DNA of 52,681 bases, filler included, from Circinaria calcarea (GCA_051942165.1; 3 parts of 3 records of this genome joined end to end with filler, not necessarily neighbours in it); one strand, 5' to 3'. Positions 23,801 to 35,569 are shown, counted from the first letter of the whole stretch. The notes: generated by a model from the letters alone, not told the origin. Program-made: numbers and translations.

Positions 23801-26800
23801 CGGCACAGAAGACTGACGCGTCTTGTTAGACTATGTTCAGTTGAAGGTTTGACGATCATGACGGCGTTCAGCTGAGAAGGCTCAGCTGAGTCTAGTATCA
23901 CGGTTTCTGTATTTTCATATCCCGCGGCTATCAGCTCGTTCTGCCATCTTCTCGTGTCAGCATAAGGCTCGTCGAGTCTGCCGTCCTCGATTCCACACCA
24001 CCACCGTGGATGAGTGCCGAAGATATAGTTGATCCACTTCGAAGATGGACAGAGTTCCTGCAACAACAAACGGCCAGCTGGGTGGAGAAGCTTTCTGATG
24101 TTCCTCAGACTTACACCGATGCTTCGAGTTTCATGGATAGCATTGCTTGCAATAACGAGATCATACTGGTGACCTTTGAAGCCCTGCTCTAACGGATCAT
24201 CGTTGATGTCTAAGGTCGCGTATTCCATGTTTGGGAACTTTAGCTGGGTTTCCTCTGCAGAAATGAAGCCTTTAGACACAAATGTATACTTTGAGCAGAG
24301 AGCCCGTCCATTTGGCAGCGTCAGGTTCTTCAAGATGCTACTTGACGGGGAGCTTCTCCAAGATCCAATTTCCAAAACCCGTAGATTGGGCTTGCAGTGG
24401 GCCAATCCCTGAATGAACAACGATATGTCGCAGTTATTTATAAATTCGTAGAGATCCGCAATCGTCTCGCTAAGAATATCCTCCCATGAAGAAACATGAC
24501 CTGAGAATATAGCACCGATACTAACGGAGACCTTTTGAAGCGCCGCCGCTGCGGAAGATGCAGGGGTCTCAGCGAGGCTATGAACCAAGCAATCGATTCT
24601 CTCAGATAGCGTTTCATTGTCTAGATCACTGAGCGAAGATATATCTAGCGACTTGAGTTGATCATCGATCCATTGATGGAACCTGTGCAAATGAGACCTT
24701 TCCGCAGTTAATTCTGCCAGGCGTCTTTGTGAATGGACCATGCATAAATAGCCCAACGTTTCCAACGAAGATGTGTATAGGGAGCGATCAATCGACGGCT
24801 TGATAAGGTCTTTGATGTCTATGAAGTCAATATCAAAGCCCCATTCTTGACGAGCCGCGGCATGTGTATCGCTCGCTTCCGTTGAATCTAAATTGTCGAC
24901 AGCTGAAAGCTTTAACCCCGAGATGCTTAGGACGGTGATACCGTCAGCGATGCCTCGGGCCTCGCCAACCACAGAGCTAGCCGCAAATTTGGTCGTTGCG
25001 CCCACGATTAAATTTGAGGAACAGCGAGAGACGCTGAAATTGTCGCAGCTAGTCGGAAGTCGATTCTTAAATTTACGAGCTTCTCCGTTCGTGAAAGCAA
25101 TTCCCATTAATTGTAGGGCGGCATCGATAAGCGCAGGATAAATGTGGTACTTGTTTGCCTCAGCATGCTCGTTATTAAGCACCTCTCCCGTCGCCTGCTG
25201 AGTTGTGGTGCCAACCGAAACGTCTACCAGATTGCGGAATGCTGGGCCTAGATCTAGCCCAGCTCGTCGGAGGGTATCGAACCACTTCCGCATACCGATC
25301 TTACGAGGAAGAGCCTCGGGGCTTTGAAAAGACCCCAAAGACTCAGTTTGCGCCATGGCTTCACCTACGCAATGCTTGGTCCAAGTATGTCCGTTGTGGG
25401 AAGCAATAGTAAACTCCCACCACTTACTATCCAGCGTATCCGTCAAACGATGTGGACGAAAAGTAGTGATCATCTCAATTGGCTTTCCGTCAGGTACCAC
25501 AAGCGCCATACTTACAATGACATGTCGAAGTTGGAATGTCTCATTTATTCTAGTGACCTGTCGAACTGCTTCGCCGGCCATTGCTATATACCCAGCAAAG
25601 GGGAATACAATATCATCGCCGACCTTGTGATCACGAACCCAGGGCGCGTTGCTGAGGTGGAAAAGGTTTCTCCAAGAAGGCTCAATATCAGTACTCTCTA
25701 CTATCCTGACGCCTAGGAGATCGTGGTGAGGGTATTCCCGCAGTCGATAATCTTTACTAAGTCGTGACTCATACCAGTAGCTCTCTTCATGGTCCCAAGG
25801 ATATAGAGGCAGATTCGAAAGGCAGGAGCCGGTAGGTATTAGTGCATTCAAATCGATTGGAACTTGAAGTGTGTAGAGTTTGCCAGCAGTAGAAAGCAGC
25901 GATTCAACGCAATTCCGATTCCTGATTAGAGTTGAAGTGTAAGGAGCACTATTTGTTTCCTGGGTCAGAATTTGCCTTAAAGGACCGGCAAGGGCGGAGT
26001 GAGGCCCGATTTCTAGGAAAACCGGATTCTTTCCAATCGGATGCTGAAGTATGCAAGAAACTGCTGCTCTGAACAATACAGGGGATTCTAAATTTCGTTG
26101 CCAGTATCTCGAGCTGAGCGTAGTTGACTTATCCAAAAGGCCGCCAGTAACGCTGGAGAAGAATAACTTTGTCGGCTCTTTCTCGTTCATCATATTTCCA
26201 AGCAAAGATTGGTAATGCGCTCCAAACTCGGCCATGTGATAGGAGTGGTAAGCTTTATCAACTTGCAGCTTTCGTATCATCACATCTGGTTGTGATTTAT
26301 GAATATCCGTAATAACAGCTTCCACCTTGTCAACGTCTCCTGAAATCGTCACACTCTTGGGCGAGTTGTCGCAAGCGATGACAACATCCGCAATAAGGTA
26401 TTTCTCGGTCTCCTCCCAACTCATTCCTATTGCTACCATAGCCCCCGGCCTCTTCTGAAGGGTGGTTGTAGCTCCACGATGTACCGCATTTATAATTGCG
26501 TCTTTGGCGGTGAGGGCACCAGCTGCATAAGCTCCGGCAATTTCACCACTAGAGTGACCAACGACGGCATCCGGATATATTCCTAGAGCTGCGAGTGTAT
26601 CTACCAGCGCAATCTGAATTGCAGTACAGAGTGGCTGAGAGAACTCCGCGGCGTGAACTCGACTTTTCTTACCTGTTTTGCGAAGTTCTTCCTCAATCTT
26701 CCACTCGGGGGCATGCTCATGCACTCCTTGCAAGTATCCATCCAGGCGTTGGATGCTGTTCAAGAAGGTCGGGTCAGAGTCCATTAAATCCCGGCCCATC

Positions 26801-28824
26801 CGAGGCCATTGTGCTCCCTGGCCTGTAAAGACCATTATTACCGTGGGTGGCTTTGCTGATTTTGTCACTGGAGATGTTGTCCCAATGCCACCTTTACTCG
26901 CGATGGCGAAGGTTCTGTGGGACAAATGCTGCCTTTTATTTGCCAATGTGTAGGCAATGTCCCCAATATCCTTTGGTTCCCTTTCAACAAAGTCTCGGTA
27001 ATTGTTTACCATGGTTGTGAGAGCTTTCTGGGAATTTGCTGAGAACAGAAGTAGTTGCGGCTTATCAGGTGCTCGTTTCGTAACAGTCGACACATTAAAG
27101 CTGGCGGCAGAGTCGATGACTGCATGTGCATTGGTTCCACCCACGCCAAATGAATTGACACTGGCTCGCTCCAAGCGACCTTGTGGCCAGGGTGTCGGCT
27201 CAATAGGAACAGTCAGCTTCGCGGACTCGAATGGTATGGCCGGGTTGGGACGCAAGAACTTGATATTGGGTGGAATAGTACTGTTTTCAAGGGCGAGAAC
27301 TACTTTTATAACTGATAAGAGCCCAGACGCACCCTCTGTGTGTCCGAAGTTTGGTTTGATGGATCCGATATAGACACCTGAGTCTCCGAAGACCCGTCCA
27401 ACTGCAGTTGTCTCAATGGGATCCCCAACCGGGGTCCCAGTCCCATGGCATTCCACAAATCCTGTTTTCGAGAAGTCTGTGGTGCCTGCTACTTCGTATG
27501 CCCTTCTCATCAATGCCTGCTGGGAATTTGAGCTAGGGACCGTCATCCCAGGTGTCTTGCCATCATGGTTGGTTGCGGTTCCTTTGATCACCGCTCGGAT
27601 TGGATTTCCGTCTCTCAGTGCATCATCTAGCCTTTTGATATAGATAGCCGTAATCGCTTCACCACGAGCGTAGCCGTTAGCATCGGCCGAGAAGGTGTTG
27701 CAGGAACCGTCCTTTGAAAGCACAGTCTGCTCTGTCATACTTATTGTTGCGCCTGGAGCCATGATTAGATTTGCGCCTCCTACAATGGCAGAGTCGCAGT
27801 CGCCCCTTGAAATGGCTACGCACGCTTCGTGGAGGGCCACAAGTGAGGATGAGCACGCCGTCCGAGTGGTCATACTAGAATAATCAGAATCGAGAAGTAA
27901 GACATTGCAGGCGTAGACAAACCTTGGGCCCTGTAAGTCCATCTCGTATGAAACACGGTTAGATAGTGCAAAATCTCCGAAGCCGGTGTAACGATAGGGA
28001 CCCCAGTTCTGGGTTTCTCTCGCAAACATCTCGCACCAATCCTCACCAAGGCTGCCCATATAGCAGCCTACACGCTTACCCCTCCAGGCTGTCTCACCGG
28101 CGTCTTCGAAGCACTCCCTTGCCACCTCTAGCATAAGCCGCTGTTGTGGATCTGTTCGCTCTACTTCCAGCCGAGGCATGCTGAAAAATGACGTGTCAAG
28201 AGCTCCAATGTCGTCGTCTAGGAAATAGCCGTATTCGGTAGCCACAGTCCCATGCTTTCCGGTAGGGTCATGGAAGGCTGCCACATTATATCGATGATCG
28301 GGAACCCGACCACGTGCATCGCCTCCGGCAAGCAAGAATTCCCACAGCTGCTGAGGCGTCCTTAGTCCAGCTGGGAGACGAAGTGCCATGCCACATATTG
28401 CTATGGGGGGTTGAATATGGCTCTGGACACCATCGACGGTCTCGCCGTTGAGAGAGCGGCCATTGGGATGTTCGCCGGACTGCGTTGAGCCAGTTGATCC
28501 AGTCTGACCGTTGACTAACTCCCCTTCAATAAGGTGGCCGTTCGTACACTTGCCGGTCTGGGCTGAGACATTGGATCCGGCCTGACCATTGACAGCCGCT
28601 TCGTCGATAGAATGACCATTTATGTATCCGCTAGATCGCGTCAAACCATTCAAGGCAGCCTGACCATTGGTGCTCGAGCTATTCACCGGAGAACCACGGT
28701 TGGAATCCGGGTCAAACAGGGCCAAGCAACTGGGGGTAGGTCGACCGTTGATGTGTAAGGTTTCCCCGGGACGATAGCCATTGATTGCTGCCTCATATCC
28801 AGTAACTGATTCAAGAACACTCAT
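20892..28824 (-). CDS. Highly reducing iterative type I PKS (KS-AT-DH-cMT(degenerate)-ER-KR-ACP), multi-exon
   Basis: KS TACSSS/HGTGT/GHTEGASG; AT GHSSGEIA/AYHSYHM; DH RDHKVGDDIVFP; cMT LEIGSWRS; ER AAGLNFR and LIHSACGGVG (across introns); KR GGLGGLG and GQANYASGN; ACP DLGMDSL. Confidence 0.95.
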
Positions 28825-29166
28825 TGTCTGGCATGCAAGCTGTTCTCCACCAGTGTCAGCAGGAAAGACGGCTTGATGTGCAGTAGGGACATAGGATTGA
28901 CGGGGAAGCAGGTATATTTAACAAAGCAAGCGATTCCCAAGCAAGTTCGGCGGGATTCAGATTAAACTAAGCGGCTTAAAGTCCGATGGCAAGCCAGTCA
29001 CATTCTCGTTGTGTATCATATGCCCTATGAGAGCCCTGTAGGGTTTTACGCCGCTTGGCTAGGTCTTACTTTAACCCTCCACTAGGGAGGGCGAAGCAGG
29101 CAGCCTTGCGTTCCTGTCTTCGGTCAAATGCAGAGATTGTGCTCCCTTCCGCTATACCTGCCGGTC

Positions 29167-29187
29167 ATATTTCGGAATCCGAAATAT
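29167..29187. promoter_or_regulatory. Perfect 21-bp palindrome containing TCGG-N3-CCGA in the divergent PKS/Pth11-like promoter
   Basis: ATATTTCGGA-A-TCCGAAATAT. Confidence 0.65.
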
Positions 29188-29339
29188 ACTCTCCGCCTTG
29201 CTTGACTGCTATCACCATCACGAGACCAAGATATACTGTCGTCGGAATCAAGCTTCGTTTGCTCGACTGCTCGTTGTTCTGTATTGAATCGCTTGCAAGA
29301 GCTAATTGCGGGGCTCTCACCAAAGCGACTCCGACCGCC

Positions 29340-30729
29340 ATGGCAGATCCTCTTCAGCAACCTGCTTTGGACACTCCGCCAGCTGTCATCTCTCACTTCC
29401 CCACAACATATTCGGGTGAACAAGTATGGTATTATGTCTGCGCAGCATTTGCCACGGTCATTCCCGGTACCCTCTTGCTTCTGCGCTTGTACACCAAGTT
29501 ACGCGTCGTCCGCAAAGTAGATCTGACCGATTGTTTGTTACCGCCTTCGAGATTTGTCGTGTTGAGGCTGATGAAGATACAGATATCACCATGTTAGCTT
29601 TTGTGAGCCACGACCCACGTCTGCCACGAGGGGGTTTTTAAAGGAGTTTTCTGACGTGGTCTATTAGCTCTTTCTTATCGCGATGGTTGTTATCGGACGT
29701 ATGTGTGTTTTCTACGGAGCAGGCGTGCACCAATGGGATGTAACGGTGCAAGACTTAATCGGAGTGGTTTATGTATAACTTCTCGCTTATCATCTTCTCT
29801 GGTTACAGACTGATTAGAGGATAGTGGCTCTATATCGGTCAAATCGTTTACTGCCCCGGAATTTTCCTGGTCAAGATGGCTATTCTGTTGCAATATCTCC
29901 GCTTGTTCGCCCCCCAAAAAAGCATCAATCGCTTTATGTGGTACAGCGCTAGGGTCATCATTGTCGTTACTGGGATATACTATATTTTCAGTACTTTCAT
30001 CACCGCCTTCGCCTGTTCTCCACGAGAAGCGATTTGGAATCCGTTTATAATTGATGCAAAATGTCTCTCCAATAACACACTCGTTTTTATTACTTGCTTA
30101 TTTAATATTCTTTCTGATATACTCATCCTGGTGCTTCCCACGAGGGCTGTTTGGAAGTTACGTATCAGTACGAGAAAGAAGATTACAATCGTGCTTCTAT
30201 TCGCCATTGGTCTACTGTAAGTGTTGAAAGACTAAGGTTTGATCTCAAATACAAGGACTAATACGGGTTGGATTATAGGGCATGCGTCGCCAACGCGATG
30301 ATAATTCTTTACGTCATCCGCCTAGGAGAATCGAACGCCGACGTAACGTACAATAGCGCCTGGCAGGGTTTATGGGCGATTGCAGAGATCAGTCTCGGGA
30401 TCATCGTGATATGCACTTTTTCGCTGCCCAGGTTCTTCGAAGCCAAAGGCACAATGCTGCGGGGTGTTCTTTCCAGTCTCCTGCGACCTTTCACCTCGCT
30501 CAGATCTAGGACTGGTGAGTCTTTCCGAACCCGCACGCAATCGCAAAATGATACAACCGCCTCTCCAGGAGCGAGACCCGATAAAGTCACTATGAATGTG
30601 CCCTCCGAGAGCGATCTCCCTCTCAACTGTCATGATTCGGACATCGAAAGATATCCTCCCTCCGAGGGTGCTCATGACCTCGCCAAATACCCAAGGACCA
30701 ACGTTATGGATGCATCTTACCAACACTGA
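29340..30729 (+). CDS. Pth11-like (fungal rhodopsin-domain) integral membrane protein, no CFEM, multi-exon
   Basis: LLRLYTKLRVVRKVDLTD, GAGVHQWDV, KMAILLQYLRLF, ACSPREAIWNP, NILSDILILVLP, WAIAEISLGIIVIC. Confidence 0.85.
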
Positions 30730-31009
30730 AGTCGATGATACAAGCTTTCAACGTGTACCGTTCGAGACGCCCTAGGCTAGGTAGACGTGATAGGCTGCAG
30801 AGGAGTGTTCGTAGGTATGTGCAAGGGCGCTGCAATCTTTGGGGCCTAATGAGGAATATATTAGGTCCCGATTGGTGATAGCACGGTTACATAGGGTATA
30901 GTTGAACTGTTGCCCTAGGCTCAATATAAAAGGAATATATTGAACTCGTTATGGTTCTATAAGCATGCTAATCTAAAGAACGAGGAACAGCCTGCTTATA
31001 CAAAGTTCC

Positions 31010-31140
31010 GCTCATTCATGCTCATGCCCTGAGCACCCATGAGCACCGGTCCTGCTCATCTATGCTCATACCCTGAACACTCATGAGCACTGGCTCTGCT
31101 CATCTATGCTCATACCCTGAACACCCATGAGCACCGGGGT
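31010..31140. repeat. ~44-bp tandem repeat (~3 copies) with internal GCTCAT/ATGAGC inverted motifs
   Basis: CTGCTCATCTATGCTCATACCCTGAACAC(T/C)CATGAGCAC(T/C)GG repeated at ~31052 and ~31096, plus a partial upstream copy. Confidence 0.85.
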
Positions 31141-31340
31141 AGGGTTAGTCCGTTCCTGCACTAGTCCCCTTTCGTCCTAGCATATATTATGGTGCTGGCG
31201 CCATAACACCATGTATTCAGCATTCGTGTAGCTATTCTAGCTACACATCATCATTTTATTACTGAATACACACGTTATGCTGATGGGATAAACCCCCCTA
31301 CGTAATATATAACGTGAGATATTAACGTCTGTAAATTCTA

Positions 31341-33096
31341 TCACGAAGAATTTTCGAATTGCTGCCTTCCGAGATTCTCCTTTTCAAGAGTAAGTTCCCT
31401 CGTAAATAACGACGCAATAAAGCCAACGGCTCCGATACCAGTAAGCGTTAAGAACACAGTTGTTATCGACACTCTGTAAGCCTCAATCACTTGCTCCAAT
31501 ATCTTCGGCTGCAGGTCCACCAAACTCAACGAGGGAATAAAGCTAATGGCCTCGCGGACGTCTTTTAGTATCTCTACTGAAGGTGGTAGCGTCTCCATAG
31601 AAGCGATTTGTTGTTCAAATATATTATTGAATACAGTGGAGCAGGTTGCGAGACCTACCAGCGCACCGAATAGTCGAAAGGAGACAATCATACCAGCCGC
31701 AATACCCATGTCATCCACGTGCTTCACACTGGCTGTCATCGGGATGGTTAGAATAGTAAAGAGCGTACCAACGCCTATAGACGGAATGATCTGGAGGCCG
31801 TATAGTAGAGCTCTGGACGATGAGGTTCGCCATAACGACCACAAGCCAACACCCAATGTCATAAGTAGTGCAGCTGCTATGACTCCCCACCGGTATCGAC
31901 GGACTATTTCGACAATAATTACCCCGAGTATGCTGAATCCGATAATGCAGGCGCTGGCGGGCAAGACGGATACCGCTGATCTGAAGGGGGTCTCTAGCAC
32001 TACCGCCTGGAAGAACAGCGGCAAGTATAGCACAAGACAGTAAAGAACCGCGCCGTGGACAGCCGCTCCGATGAGGCTGGCCACCGCAGTTCTGTTGCCA
32101 AACATTCGATAAGGGAAAATTGGCTCTGCAGGCTTAGATTCGTAGACGCCGAAAACAACTAGGATAACCACACCAATGATCAACGGAAGAATAGTCCTCC
32201 AGGATGACCAGGGATACAAAGCGCCCGCCCAGCTCAAAGGCAATGCGAACGTAGTGGTGCCAACCGTGAAGAGAAGCATGCCAATCCAGTCCAAACGGCG
32301 GAGCTTAGAGCGGAGCGACGAATCGATAGGACGTAGATGAAGGAAGAAGAAAGCTAACACAACTCCTACAGCAATGATGGGTAGGTTGATCCATCCAATC
32401 CACCTCCAGTGCACGAACTCACTGAACGCCGCACCGATGATGGGTCCGCAGACACCGCCTCCAGCCATCGGGAGGGCATACAAGCCGAGAAACAGCGGAC
32501 GCTCTTTCAGGGTCGTGATATCGGCGAGGATGATCTCGCTTAAGACATCCAAGCCACCTCCCCCCAGACCCTGTAGGATGCGGCCCACGATCAATACTGG
32601 CATGGATTTGGCAACGCCGAAGACGATGGACCCGATGAAGAAGAGGAGGAAGGCGGCGTATAGCGGGATCTTGCGCCCCAGGACATCGGATATGGTGGAG
32701 TAGATGGGCTGGGTGATGACAATGGCGAGGATGAACGATATGTTGGCCCAGAATGCCTCGAGCGTTGTACCTTGCAGGTCTTGTGTAATTCTCTGTAGGC
32801 GGCCTACTCGTCAGCTTACATTTACTGAGCGCACGAGGGGATATTCAATTTGAGCGTACCGGAACTGCGATTGCAAGGGCCGCGGAATCTAGTGACACGA
32901 TGAACACCGTGCAGTTGAGGGCGGCAAAAGAAAGCCAGAAGGAAAGTGATTTCTTCGATGTCTCGGTGCCAGCATCCCCACCTGAATCTGGCAGTGTCGG
33001 TTGTGTTGACACGCCGCCATTTTTCTCATGTTGAGGTATTGCTTCCGATGAGCCGGCCTCTAATCGACCCTGACTAGCCTTTGCAGGAAATGTCAT
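31341..33096 (-). CDS. MFS efflux transporter (DHA2/14-TM type), 2 exons
   Basis: ATG 33096 MTFPAKAS; SLDSAALAIAVP, intron, LEAFWANISF, SDVLGRK, GRILQGLGGGG, DITTLKERP, GPIIGAAF, WRWIGWINLP, LDWIG. Confidence 0.92.
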
Positions 33097-33253
33097 TTTG
33101 TATAGGTGGGTTGGTCCATAGCAGACGAACAAGATAAGAAGAATTGAAGTCAACGTTCGTAGGTCATATTAAGGTGGCTTAAGCTGACGGACAAATTGCC
33201 CAATCCGTTATTTCCTAGGCCAGCACGGCAGAATTCGTAATATTACCCGTAAG

Positions 33254-33296
33254 TCGGGTTCCGTCGCCCCCACACGCATTTTTTTTCGGGGTCCGA
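33254..33296. promoter_or_regulatory. TCGG-N3-CCG(A/T) sites upstream of the MFS gene
   Basis: TCGGGTTCCGT (33254-33264) and TCGGGGTCCGA (33286-33296). They abut an AT-rich TE-like remnant (33300-33430). Confidence 0.45.
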
Positions 33297-33649
33297 TTTT
33301 TTCTGGAGTGATTTTTACAGAGATAAAAAACCGCTAGCTAAAATAACTATATTATAAAAGTAAATTAATTCGTTATTAATAATATATTTTTATTAAGTTA
33401 ATTAGAATTTTATATAAAGAGGCGGTAGCTCGGGCTAAAACATAAATCGCTAGCAATGATTATTTATGTCAAGAATAGGGGTTCTACACTGCGTGGAGGA
33501 ACTAGTATTCGGAGCGGTCGAACCATCCACCGAACGCACACATAGCAGAGGTTTTCTGCTATGCAGTTCCATAGTGAAGTCCACACACATAGATGTAATG
33601 GCGCCACCAGCCGTGACCAGTACTACACGTACCAAGGGTATTCTGGAGG

Positions 33650-33770
33650 ATGATCCGAGTGATCCCTTGTGTAACGTATGGGATCAGTGGGATCACTAGT
33701 GATCTAAGTGATCCGGTTGATCTGGTTAGGGAGCAGTGGGATCATAGGGATCACTACTGGGACCCCTGTC
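33650..33770. repeat. GATC-rich short repeat array
   Basis: About ten GATC/GGGATCA/TGATCC motifs in both orientations within ~120 bp. Confidence 0.6.
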
Positions 33771-34019
33771 AGGGAAAGGGTATATAGGCACAGTCCTTTC
33801 CGTAGTATTTGACCTGTGTGGTCAAGACCTTACAAGTGTAGCAATATACTTCTATTGTCACTTATTACTTGCCAAGTGATTGGTATAGAACCTGTGCGCA
33901 TATTACAGAGCCCCTGCCTTATACCAGTGACTAGCATTGCCTTTGCCTAAGAAGCTTAGGGACGTAACAAGTACGTCCAGTACCACTAGTACGCCTAACC
34001 CGCGTACTGCTCAGACCTC

Positions 34020-34221
34020 TTGGCACAGCCTTGTGGGTTGCGCCATTACAATTTACTTCGAAGCTGTCTAACAGGCGCAAGATGTACTTCTGCCCTGGAT
34101 GATCGCTTATAGTGGAGAATAGGTGGCGGTAAATATTCACTTCAACACCTTTTTGCCCAGGGTCAAACACCAGAATTTTGATGGCAACTAAACGTTGAAG
34201 CCTAAAATACGGCGATCTCAC
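34020..34221 (-). pseudogene. SRPK-like protein kinase N-lobe fragment
   Basis: LVAIKIL...EVNIYRHL...DHPGQKYILRLLDSFEV..NGATH; truncated on both sides. Confidence 0.7.
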
Positions 34222-34496
34222 ATGGTTATAAGAATCTAAAAATGAAATAACAATGTCTATTCTAGCTAAATCGGCTACACATATACGTTAAACTTCGATA
34301 AGTCAATTAACCAATTAAGAGCTCCCTGTTATGAAGCCGAGTATAGCATCCGATCCAAAGCATTCAGCATAATCCTCAATCAAGGGACAAATTCAAAAGT
34401 ATATTTAGGGTTGCCCCGTCCAGATCTGAAGTCGGTTCTGATTTGGTTATCCACTGGAAAAATCAGCGGGAATGTTTTTCATTGAATGAATATAGA

Positions 34497-35116
34497 CTAC
34501 TTATTCCACACCTTTGCAGTTTCTTTCCTCTTATTCCAAGGATCACTAGGCATAACCCATCCCCTCATCCGCTTGGCATCCCTTTTCTCACCGACCTGCG
34601 GGTCTGGGATCCAATCATCCTTCTCCTCCATCACGTGCATCCGTGTCATAGCAGCAGGAGCACCAATATCTAACCTCCAGCCGCACTGACCTGGTAACGG
34701 CTGGTCCTTGGCTAGCATGTGTAGGTACCATAGTGCAAGACACGCAGTCAAACCTTCCTGCGTCGCCAGTGCAATGGTGGGGCCAAGTTCTAAGAAGCCA
34801 AAGTAGGGTGTACGTTCTGTGCCAGCACGGACACATACCAGTTCGATTTCGGTAATGATAAATCCATAACGGCATTCGTGTTCTCGCATGTAACGATGGA
34901 GATGTGAAAGACCGCCGAGGTACTTGACTCTGCGATGGGGTGCTTCTGAGCGCATGCCCGTATTCCATTCCTCGTAAGACTTCACAATTCCAACAATTCG
35001 ACCGCGCCCATTACCGGCCAATGTCTTTGCCATGTCATTCTGATAGTTTGACACAAAGTGTGGGCCATCTCGAGACTTCTCGGCACGCATACAAAGATAA
35101 TTGATATGACCAAGGG
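34497..35116 (-). CDS. 3' part of a conserved fungal protein of unknown function (often loosely annotated 'sialidase'), truncated by the contig end
   Basis: RIVGIVKSYEEWNTGMR, KYLGGLSHLHRYMREHECRYGFIITEIELVCVRAG, LTACLALWYLHMLAK, WVMPSDPW. Confidence 0.7.
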
Positions 35117-35216
35117 NNNNNNNNNNNNNNNNNNNNNNNNNNNNNNNNNNNNNNNNNNNNTTAATTAATTAANNNNNNNNNNNNNNNNNNNNNNNNNNNN
35201 NNNNNNNNNNNNNNNN
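35117..35216. other. Artificial contig linker (44 N + TTAATTAATTAA + 44 N)
   Basis: Identical in structure to the linker at 17545-17644. Confidence 0.97.
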
Positions 35217-35349
35217 ATTTTCAAAGTAGAAAACCAGTGTTGGTGGGTATATACGCGAGTGCAAGAACTTTATTTTTTTACCTAATCCGGGGGGTGTACA
35301 ACTATGATTTTTGGGGTGTACGTGTAGGTTAAAGGGGTGTACATGTAAT
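35217..35349. mobile_element. Transposon-like terminus with three GGGGTGTAC subterminal repeats
   Basis: GGGGTGTAC at ~35292, ~35313 and ~35334, ending ...GTGTACATGTA at the contig start. Confidence 0.45.
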
Positions 35350-35359
35350 GGAAGCCCAA

Positions 35360-35495
35360 AATAACTGACTGTGTATTTTACTCTGCTATTCAAACAGCCA
35401 AGCGTGTGGCTTTCGGCCCGCGTGGCTGTCAGGCGCGTGGCTGCATGTTTACATAAGGCTTAACTCCGCGCGCACTCAGCCCATGCTTTGCCCAG
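35360..35495 (+). repeat. Left arm of a long inverted repeat (putative TIR; partner at 46853-46985)
   Basis: 35419-35447 reverse-complements to CATGCAGCCACGCGCCTGACAGCCACGCG versus 46906-46934 CATGCAGCCACGCGCCTGACAGTCACGTG (27/29). Further matching blocks lie inside (ATAAGGCTTAACTCCGCGCGCACTCAGCC) and outside (AATAACTGACTGTGTA). Confidence 0.85.
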
Positions 35496-35569
35496 CAGGC
35501 TGGATCGACTATTCAACGTAAAGGGCCATATTTGACCGACAAAGCAGAAGTAGAGCACAAAAACGGTGC

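Noticed and set aside
20879..27883. Many plus-strand ORFs inside the PKS and other antisense ORFs across the window
   Set aside because: Shadow frames of well-supported genes on the opposite strand.
16441..33096. PKS cluster as cargo of the DUF3435 Starship
   Set aside because: Separated by an artificial linker, and the captain points away from the cluster.
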